Source: Christensenellaceae bacterium | Lineage (GTDB): Bacteria > Bacillota > Clostridia > Christensenellales > DTU072 | NCBI GenBank assembly: GCA_031259085.1 | Contig: JAIRMA010000039.1 | Span: 10,392-74,391 of the forward strand | Direction: 5' to 3' | Length of the DNA: 64,000 bases | In this document: positions 56,812 through 64,000 of the stretch, in pieces | How positions within the stretch are numbered: position 1 is the stretch's first letter | Layout of the letters: each line of letters opens with the position of its first letter | Notes under the pieces: model-generated | The model's input: the letters and a program-made list of their open reading frames with translations, nothing else | Databases searched by the model: none | What the model was told of the DNA's origin: nothing | Translations under genes and position numbers: made by a program

Positions 56812-57237
56812 GTAAACCTCCTTATTAAGTTTTCAAATTTCAGTTTGAGTCATTTGTTCAATATATAATGATTCATGATTATTATAAAGCTAATTTTAAT
56901 AATTGTCAATAATATAATATTGTTTATTTAAAATTTGATCATATTTTTGCCCTTTAAGCATCAATATTTCATATATATGCGATTTAAGCATACTAAACAT
57001 CGTATATTGATTCCTATTTCGGCTATATTTTCTCACTGCTGATTAGAGACAACCTCATTGCATTATCATCTCTTAATAGATATAAATAAAACCCGTTGTT
57101 TTATTATTAGTAAATCTAATATTGGCTCATCAATGCTTCTGTTGATTCTTCATTATATATGAAAAGAACCACATAAATTGTGGCTCTTTAATTACTTCAA
57201 TATCAACTTGTCCTATGTGTCAAATTTTCATGTTCGT

Positions 57238-59061
57238 TTAATTTTGCACAAATGGATTTGATAAGGCGTTTGCAATCATAATCTCTCCATTTGGTTTAGA
57301 ATTTGCTTGCTTCATTTTTCCTACGCTCCACTCTGCGCTCTTGTTTTGAACATTGTATAGTTTTGAAAATAATCCATCAGGCTTTGCTAACAAATCAACA
57401 CTCCTGCCTGATTCTACTAAATGACCTTTGTCTAACACAACTATGTTATCAACACCTATTATCGTTCTCAATCGATGGGCGACCACAACTACAGTTTTAT
57501 CTTTAATTAATTCTAGTAAAGCCGTTTGGATTAGTGCTTCATTTTCTGCATCAACTGATGCAGTATGTTCATCTAACATAACAATAGGTGCATTCTTTAA
57601 TAACGCGCGCGCTATTGATATTCGCTGTCGTTCTCCACCAGACAAGGTCGCTCCGTTCTCCCCTAATATAGTAGCATAACCGTTTGGTAGTTTGTTTATA
57701 AATTCTTCACAATTAGCAATCTTACTAACTCTTATGACTTCTTCATCAGTTGCCTCGGAATTTCCAATTCGTATGTTTGCCATTATAGTATCATTGAATA
57801 GAATTACGTCTTGGAATACAAAACTCATATAACTCATTAAGTGCTCTGGATCAACAGTTTTTATATCAACACCTCCTATCGTTATTTTGCCTTTGTCTAC
57901 ATCCCAAAACCTTGCTATCAACTTCGTCATTGTACTTTTACCACTGCCAGACGGACCAACCAGCGCAGTTATACTGCCCTGCGGAATGGTAAGATTCATG
58001 TGTTCTATAGCGTTATCAACACCTTTTTTATAAGTAAAATCTACATCTTCAAACTTGATTGTGTACTCATTAATAGGGTTTTCGGATCCTAACATGGTTC
58101 CTATTGCTTTGATCTCTTTGAGTCTTCGGATTCCACCCTGAAAATAAAATAGCTCTGGCAACAATCCCAAGAAAGGCATAATTGGCGCATATATCTTGAC
58201 TACAATTACTAGAAATAATACAAGCGATAATAATGTAATACTATCTGCTAAAAATAAGGTTATGCCTACAAGCGCTGTAATTCCTATTCCTAATTGCAAT
58301 ATTGTTTGTGCACCCATTACAAAAACGCCAACGCCTACCTCAAATTTGATAGCAAGATTCATTAATCCTTTTAGTGATGATTCAAGTAGCTTAAATCTTT
58401 CAACATCTAAATTGCACGAGCGTATAACCTTTATCCCCTCAATATACTCTTGTACGTTCTTTGACACCTCAAGCTTTTTCTCTCTAAATCGTTTGCTTAA
58501 TTTCGATGATACATATCTTGATGCAAACACAACAGAGATAGCAATTGGTAGTGACGCGAATATACATAATGCCATTCTCCAATCATACATGGCTAATAAT
58601 ACACATGTAATCGTGATTGAAAAAGTAGTTGCTATAAGTTGCGGAACTAAATGACTCAGTACATGCTCTTTGTTTGCTATGTCCTCCATGATATTTGATG
58701 TCAAATCCGTCAAGTCTTTTGTATTAAAAACACTCATTGGTAGTCGTCTCATGTGCTCAGCTATGTCTAATCTAGTTTGTGCACACTCTGTATACGATAC
58801 AATATATGTTTTTCTATAATCAAAGCGATTAGCAATGTAAATTAGAAATATCCCCGCGCTGCCTATTCCAAAATATATCCACACCTTAAGCCATGAGGTT
58901 TCCTGCCCGTTAAACGGCTTAAAGAATTCTGTCAGCAACAAAGCAATTACACACATAGGTATGATTGACGTGCAATTAGTGATGAAACAAGCAAATGTTG
59001 CTTTCTTTAGATCTTTATATCCATTGTCATCTAAAAATAATACTTTTTGTAATTTAGTCAT
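57238..59061 (-). CDS. ABC exporter, fused permease/ATPase (second half of a heterodimer)
   Basis: Six TM helices followed by Walker A GPSGSGKST, signature LSGGERQR and Walker B VMLDEHT. Confidence 0.88.
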   Translation of the reverse strand: MTKLQKVLFLDDNGYKDLKKATFACFITNCTSIIPMCVIALLLTEFFKPFNGQETSWLKVWIYFGIGSAGIFLIYIANRFDYRKTYIVSYTECAQTRLDIAEHMRRLPMSVFNTKDLTDLTSNIMEDIANKEHVLSHLVPQLIATTFSITITCVLLAMYDWRMALCIFASLPIAISVVFASRYVSSKLSKRFREKKLEVSKNVQEYIEGIKVIRSCNLDVERFKLLESSLKGLMNLAIKFEVGVGVFVMGAQTILQLGIGITALVGITLFLADSITLLSLVLFLVIVVKIYAPIMPFLGLLPELFYFQGGIRRLKEIKAIGTMLGSENPINEYTIKFEDVDFTYKKGVDNAIEHMNLTIPQGSITALVGPSGSGKSTMTKLIARFWDVDKGKITIGGVDIKTVDPEHLMSYMSFVFQDVILFNDTIMANIRIGNSEATDEEVIRVSKIANCEEFINKLPNGYATILGENGATLSGGERQRISIARALLKNAPIVMLDEHTASVDAENEALIQTALLELIKDKTVVVVAHRLRTIIGVDNIVVLDKGHLVESGRSVDLLAKPDGLFSKLYNVQNKSAEWSVGKMKQANSKPNGEIMIANALSNPFVQN

Positions 59062-60868
59062 AATTCGCTTCCTCCATACTATTATCTAATCGCCATTTAG
59101 CTGCACTAGAATAAATTTTCCACATATCAGCGTAAGCACCAACTTGTTGTAGCATTTCATCATGACGACCCTTTTGTAATACTTGTCCTTCCCTCATAAC
59201 AATAATTTGATCTGCATCTTTTACTGAGGACAATCTATGTGCTATCATGATTACAGTTTTTTCTCTTAACAAGCTTTCGAATGCTTTTTGAATCAAGTAT
59301 TCATTTTCAGGATCAGCAAACGATGTAGCCTCATCTAGTACGACTATTGGACAATCCTTAATAATAGCCCTTGCTATAACAATTCTTTGTCGTTCTCCAG
59401 ATGAAAAATGAATGCCTTTTGCGCCAACAATTGTGTTGTATTTATCTGGCAGTGCCATTACAAACTCATGACATTGTGCACTTTTTGCAGCTTGTATTAT
59501 ATCATGATCAGATGCCTTTGGATTTCCCATCCTTATGTTTTCCATAATACTTTGACTAAATAAAAATACATCTTGAAAGACAAAGCCTATATTATTCATA
59601 AGATCAGTATTATCTACATTTCTTATATCAACATCCCCAATTTTAATACTCCCATCCCTTACATCAAAAAATCTTGGGATTAGATGAGCAGTAGAGCTTT
59701 TGCCACCGCCAGACGGACCTACTAGTGCTGTGGTGGTTGAAGGGGATGCGGTAAATGATACATTAGACAAAGCATTAATTTCAGTACTTTTGTCATATGA
59801 GAAAGTTACATTTTCAAATTTTATATCAAACTCAGTTATCTTCTGAGCGTTAACAGGCACAGGTAACTCAGGTTCGGCTAAAATATTATCCATGCGCTCA
59901 ACACTTCCTGTAATCTGTAAAGTAACACCATTAGCATATACCATTTTAATAATAGTAGGTGCTATAGATTGAGAGAAAAGTAAATAAAATAATATATTTG
60001 ATATGAATACTGGGGTTATGTCCGTGAGCATGCCAATTATTATCGCGACTGGTAAAAAGAATATATAAATGTTGTTAAACAAAGAAATTAATGCACTATA
60101 GCCTTTTTCCCATCCTAATGTGTATTTCAAAATCATTACTTTATACTTCTCTATTGAAGCACTTAAACGCCCAAAAGAATTAGCCGTTTGTTTAAAAGCT
60201 TTTACTACTGACATGCCACGTATATATTCAACAGATGCGTTACTCATTTCATCTATAGCATCTTGATAAGATCGCATGCTTCTAGCACTACTCTCGTTAT
60301 TGCCTTGTAATGTCATGAGTTTATAAACCAAGAATATAATCCCTATGAATATGGGCAATCCAAATCTCCAGTCTATTGAGAAAAGCAATGCAATCATTGT
60401 TACAACTGAAACAGTTGCCGCTATCATATCTGGAAGTTGGTGTGCAATGAATCCTTCTATCTTCTCAATATCATCATCTATTACTTTTCTTAACTTCCCA
60501 CTACCAGCTAGAACGTGAAACCCTAATGGGACTCTTGCTAGATGCGTTGCAAAATTAATCTTCAGTTTGTATAACGTACCGAACGCTGCAAGATGCGATG
60601 CGACCAAGGCAATGAAATATATTACCGTGCAGGCTGCTGCCCCAGCAAATGCTAGCCATCCATATGTTATTAGTTTTGAAACAACTAAAACACCTCCATC
60701 TAAACTTGACAGTATGTCCTTGAATATTAAATATATAAAAACATGCGGGGTAAAACCCAGAATAGCCGATGCGCCAGAAAGTATTAATGAGGTTATCATT
60801 AGAGACTTCTTTACAAATGAAAGCTCAATTAGTCTCGCAAAACCTTGTTTGCGCTTACTTTCATCCAA
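59054..60868 (-). CDS. ABC exporter, fused permease/ATPase (first half of a heterodimer)
   Basis: Walker A GPSGGGKSS, signature FSSGERQR and Walker B VVLDEATS. I prefer TTG 60868, which lies 10 nt after an AAGGAG SD, over the track's ATG 60913. Confidence 0.85.
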   Translation of the reverse strand: MDESKRKQGFARLIELSFVKKSLMITSLILSGASAILGFTPHVFIYLIFKDILSSLDGGVLVVSKLITYGWLAFAGAAACTVIYFIALVASHLAAFGTLYKLKINFATHLARVPLGFHVLAGSGKLRKVIDDDIEKIEGFIAHQLPDMIAATVSVVTMIALLFSIDWRFGLPIFIGIIFLVYKLMTLQGNNESSARSMRSYQDAIDEMSNASVEYIRGMSVVKAFKQTANSFGRLSASIEKYKVMILKYTLGWEKGYSALISLFNNIYIFFLPVAIIIGMLTDITPVFISNILFYLLFSQSIAPTIIKMVYANGVTLQITGSVERMDNILAEPELPVPVNAQKITEFDIKFENVTFSYDKSTEINALSNVSFTASPSTTTALVGPSGGGKSSTAHLIPRFFDVRDGSIKIGDVDIRNVDNTDLMNNIGFVFQDVFLFSQSIMENIRMGNPKASDHDIIQAAKSAQCHEFVMALPDKYNTIVGAKGIHFSSGERQRIVIARAIIKDCPIVVLDEATSFADPENEYLIQKAFESLLREKTVIMIAHRLSSVKDADQIIVMREGQVLQKGRHDEMLQQVGAYADMWKIYSSAAKWRLDNSMEEANYD

Positions 60869-60936
60869 AAATATCACACTCCTTTGACATATGAAATGAT
60901 TCTCAACAACCATTTGGAAATTACTAGTTTTTAATT

Positions 60937-60954
60937 AGTTAGCATATGCTAACT
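60937..60954. promoter_or_regulatory. 18-bp perfect palindrome AGTTAGCATATGCTAACT, a candidate operator
   Basis: Self-complementary, and it starts 2 bp downstream of the -10 of the minus-strand promoter at 60956-60984. Confidence 0.6.
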
Positions 60955-60955
60955 T

Positions 60956-60984
60956 ATTATACACCTTTTTGTTAATCATTTCAA
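60956..60984 (-). promoter_or_regulatory. Promoter TTGAAA-17-TATAAT for the ABC exporter operon
   Basis: On the minus strand: TTGAAA (60984-60979), a 17-nt spacer, TATAAT (60961-60956). Confidence 0.6.
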
Positions 60985-61110
60985 GAATTTAACCCTCAAT
61001 TTCATTATCATACATTGAATTCTTTTTTTTTTATATATAGGATTAAATTCATTGTATTATATTCACAATTTATCTTTAACCAATTATTTACTGTCAAAAA
61101 ACATTTAGTA

Positions 61111-61139
61111 TTGACATAATGAATATAATAGGTTATCAT
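61111..61139 (+). promoter_or_regulatory. Promoter TTGACA-17-TATCAT
   Basis: TTGACA at 61111-61116, a 17-nt spacer, TATCAT at 61134-61139, upstream of the PHP-domain gene. Confidence 0.45.
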
Positions 61140-61275
61140 TTATGTAATATTAATTACGATGTACACTAATTACCATTATAGAATAACCTATGATGAATTA
61201 TGTTGAGCATTTTTTTTGTTATAGATGCGTGTCTTACTTGAGTGTGCATTCAAACTTATTCACGGAGAAAAATAA

Positions 61276-62616
61276 ATGAACACCCAAACAATTTCTTTTG
61301 ATTATTTCGTCCCCAAGAGCATTGAAAAGAAATATATACAAATTCCATTCGAGATGCCTAAAAATGTCGAAAGTGTAGATGTGTCATTAACATATGAAGG
61401 GATGGAAGCTAGTTCTACGCCGATCGGTGAAAAGAATGTAATTGACATAGCCATAATTTCTCCAGACAAATTAGATGTGGGCGCAGCTGGTAGCGCTTAT
61501 AAGACAGTAACAATAGGTGAAGCATACTCTTCTCCAGGATATAAAAGAGTTCCTTTGGTTCCTGGTACATGGAATATTTTATTAGGCGCATATATAATAA
61601 AAGAATCTGGTGTTAATTGTCATTATGACATAACTTTTCACTTTAAATACTTGCGTCAATTTAAAGGGGATCCACACGTGCATTCCACAAATTCTGATGG
61701 AAAACTCTGCTATGCTGAATTAATTAAAGAAGCTGAAAAGCGGAAACTCGATTTTCTCATAATGACCGATCATAACTACTTCCCAACCGATACTCTCCCG
61801 CAAACCAACAATTTAACATTAATCCCTGGTGTCGAGTTAACCAATTATCAAGGGCATATAAATTATTGGGGTGTGCCTATCCCTTATACTGGTTCATTCT
61901 CTGTTAACACTTTTGAGGAATTTTTAAAACTAAATGATGAGGCTGGCAAAAAAAATGCTATTCGCGTAATCAACCATCCGCGTTGTCAATTTTGTGGATG
62001 GAAATGGGATGTTGATTTCCCTATCGAGGGAGTAGAAGTTTGGAATGGTCCGATGCGTCATGACAATTTAAACGCAATTGAGTTATGGGATTCGCAACTT
62101 AAAAATGGTCGCAAATTATTTGCGACAGGTGGGGCTGACTTTCATGATCACAAAATACTACTTTTTGCGAGACCAACTACTGTTATTTATGCAATGTCTA
62201 ACTCGCCTAGTGATATTCTTGATGCGTTCAGGGCTGGTAGAGTATCAATAACATCTAGTGCTAAGTCTCCTGTGCTCACTATTATGTGCGGAGACAAAGT
62301 CGCTGGAGGGACGATTAAACTCGAATCCGATACAGTAATCACAGTAAAATGTGAAAAATTAAAACGCGGACAAAGACTTTTGATATATGATAAAACGGGC
62401 GTAGTTTATGAGAAAACAGCCACAAAAACAGCCGAATTTTCTGTCACGTTACCAGTAAAAAATGTTGGATATATGCGTGCGGAAATTAGATATAAATTGA
62501 ATTTTCCAATGAGACGCTTTTATAAACTTTTCATGAAAATAACTAAATCACCCTACATAAATGATCCACTCCCTTGGTTTGTATATTCTATGACCTCTGC
62601 AATGTTCTTTGAATAG
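61276..62616 (+). CDS. PHP-domain metallohydrolase (CehA/McbA-like) with an N-terminal beta-sandwich
   Basis: GGAG SD. PHP motifs GDPHVHSTNSDG and MTDHN, with later H/D residues (INHP, GGADFHD). Confidence 0.75.
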   Translation: MNTQTISFDYFVPKSIEKKYIQIPFEMPKNVESVDVSLTYEGMEASSTPIGEKNVIDIAIISPDKLDVGAAGSAYKTVTIGEAYSSPGYKRVPLVPGTWNILLGAYIIKESGVNCHYDITFHFKYLRQFKGDPHVHSTNSDGKLCYAELIKEAEKRKLDFLIMTDHNYFPTDTLPQTNNLTLIPGVELTNYQGHINYWGVPIPYTGSFSVNTFEEFLKLNDEAGKKNAIRVINHPRCQFCGWKWDVDFPIEGVEVWNGPMRHDNLNAIELWDSQLKNGRKLFATGGADFHDHKILLFARPTTVIYAMSNSPSDILDAFRAGRVSITSSAKSPVLTIMCGDKVAGGTIKLESDTVITVKCEKLKRGQRLLIYDKTGVVYEKTATKTAEFSVTLPVKNVGYMRAEIRYKLNFPMRRFYKLFMKITKSPYINDPLPWFVYSMTSAMFFE

Positions 62617-63072
62617 CCCATTAAAGCAAGTTATAAATCTGAGGTGATTTACTTAGACTTTAAAATACTCAATAATAAAACATGTTTGATTAAGACTTAT
62701 ATCATTTTGAGTGGCGCTATATGCAAAAAAAGCAAATTCTCTATTGATATTTAAGATGTGTTGAGAGTTGTCTGACTTATATGCTGATTACCTTTCGATT
62801 TTGCTGAATAGACAGTCCTAAACAATAACAACAATAAATAATATTCAAAAAGGTTCGCAAAATTGAAAATTGATTTCTTAACGATTTTACTTTCTAAAAG
62901 TTAATTAGGCCTATTCTTGCAAAGTGAAAATACGTGATAAATTATTTATTTAATATTTGTAAATGTACGTATTTGCAACTAACAATGTTTGTATTCTAAA
63001 ATTTTTACACAGTTTTACTATTCATATTCGGCAAACGAAAATTTAATGAAACTTTGACACAGTTTAATTCTC

Positions 63073-63101
63073 TTGACAAAATCAATTGGCTTTGGTAAAA
63101 T
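63073..63101 (+). promoter_or_regulatory. Promoter TTGACA-17-TGgTAAAAT for tRNA-Pro
   Basis: TTGACA at 63073-63078, a 17-nt spacer, TAAAAT at 63096-63101 preceded by TG. Confidence 0.6.
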
Positions 63102-63120
63102 TAATATCTAATTATGCTGT

Positions 63121-63197
63121 CGAGGCGTAGCGCAGTTGGGCAGCGCGCTTGGTTCGGGACCAAGAGGCCATGGGTTCAAATCCCGTCACCTCGACCA
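63121..63197 (+). tRNA. tRNA-Pro (anticodon CGG), CCA encoded
   Basis: Hand fold: acceptor CGAGGCG/CACCTCG (one C-A mismatch), D arm GCGC-AGTTGGGCA-GCGC, anticodon arm CTTGG-TTCGGGA-CCAAG, T arm ATGGG-TTCAAAT-CCCGT, then ACCA. Confidence 0.85.
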
Positions 63198-63634
63198 CTC
63201 AACTTTAAGCACCCCAAATCCAGATTATTTTGTATCATAAAGAGTCAATTTAAAACAGCAAAAACTTTTCTCTGTTCTTTTATGCTTGGTTTCATTGTTC
63301 GTTCTTTGATCATATAATTGAATGTTGACATTTTCAAATGAATCGCTGATAATAACCGGAATTTCCAAATTTTTGAGTAGTTGCTGGATAAATCTATAAA
63401 TTTAGGTCTTCCCTAGACTAAAATGCAAAATATTTTATTAACAACTGTTTAAAAAAAAATAATACAATCAATTTCTCATCTTCTTTACCCTTATTATTTA
63501 TTATTGCAAAACACTTTAATTGAAAAAAATTTAACAATTAATTCACCCAAAAAAAAGTGTTCATCCAGAATTTGCTAAACACCTAAAGGCTTTGGATGCC
63601 CTGGATTTTAATAATTTGTTTTTATTGTGATGTG

Positions 63635-63643
63635 TGTTATAAT
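63635..63643 (+). promoter_or_regulatory. Extended -10 TGTTATAAT, 6 nt upstream of the ATG (leaderless layout)
   Basis: tgttataat at 63635-63643, then ttaaac, then ATG 63650. No SD. Confidence 0.55.
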
Positions 63644-63649
63644 TTAAAC

Positions 63650-64000
63650 ATGAAAAATCTTTTCAAATATATAGGACGTGACAAAAAATCTGCAATACTA
63701 GGTCTTGCTTCTAAATTTACAGAAACGATTTTTGAATTATTTTTGCCACTAGTTATGGCAAATTTAATAGAAAAAACAATTTCAAAAGTTGATTTTAAGT
63801 TAATATTAATACATGGCATTTTAATGTTAGTAATAATAATTGTTAATATTGTTCTTGCAATTTTTGGACAATATTTCGCAGCAAAAGCATCGACATCATT
63901 TGGGAAATCACTAAGAAATGCATTATACAATCATATAAGTGCTTTGTCATATTCTGGAATTGATAACATAGGTGCTTCATCCCTCATAACACGCTTAACC
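63650..64000 (+). CDS. ABC exporter permease/ATPase, N-terminal part (runs off the window; absent from the ORF track)
   Basis: Open frame of 117 codons to the window edge: MKNLFKYIGRDKKSAILGLASKFTETIFELFLPLVMANLIE...SLRNALYNHISALSYSGIDNIGASSLITRLT. This is a typical type-I ABC exporter TMD start. Confidence 0.8.
   Translation, partial: MKNLFKYIGRDKKSAILGLASKFTETIFELFLPLVMANLIEKTISKVDFKLILIHGILMLVIIIVNIVLAIFGQYFAAKASTSFGKSLRNALYNHISALSYSGIDNIGASSLITRLT

Noticed and set aside
1-64000. Alternative genetic code (TGA=Trp, Mollicutes-like), given the low GC and Mollicutes-like gene fusions.
   Set aside because: Long conserved genes read through without in-frame TGA. Trp is encoded by TGG. TGA terminates several well-defined genes, including pepF, proS, tsaE, tsaB and the HK gene.
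1-64000. CRISPR arrays, rRNA genes, transposases, IS elements and prophage genes.
   Set aside because: No regularly spaced direct repeats, rRNA signatures or transposase/integrase-like ORFs were seen anywhere in the window.

Overview
This 64-kb window looks like chromosomal DNA from a low-GC Gram-positive (Bacillota) organism, possibly a Mollicutes- or Erysipelotrichia-related lineage. It uses the standard code: TGA, TAA and TAG all act as stops and Trp is TGG. All protein calls come from motifs I recognise by eye, since no searches were possible. Most of the window is housekeeping. Recognised genes are mscS, plsX, rnc, rpsU, dnaB, pepF, proS, murA, divIB, a nadD-yqeK fusion, rsfS, tsaE-tsaB-rimI, murF-ddl, glnN (type III glutamine synthetase), an amt-PII fusion, dnaX-ybaB-recR, rny, two tandem GH3 beta-glucosidases, an OmpR/HK two-component pair, three ABC exporter genes, tRNA-Tyr and tRNA-Pro. 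The one clearly accessory segment lies at about 45.8-51.4 kb. It is a higher-GC minus-strand operon next to tRNA-Tyr carrying Type III R-M mod and res, a RhuM-family gene with a 3' frameshift, an unknown 82-aa ORF and a decayed gene remnant; it has no integrase and no att repeat. I did not see a clear novel multi-gene system. The best leads are: (1) a recurring leaderless-mRNA layout, with a -10 box 6-7 nt before the ATG and no SD, at nadD, dnaX, an ABC gene and an island ORF; (2) two genes (res and an alpha/beta hydrolase) whose conserved N-termini lie upstream of any canonical start, each with an SD followed by an ATA codon; (3) a strong terminator hairpin inside the short glnN leader, plus a second hairpin before amt-PII; (4) unusual fusions, namely HTH-cupin-acyl-CoA synthetase, MurF with a polytopic membrane N-terminus, and Amt-PII; (5) an HtrA-like protein that lacks the catalytic His and Ser and sits beside the two-component system; (6) perfect palindromes at an ABC exporter promoter and in a 1.4-kb non-coding region.
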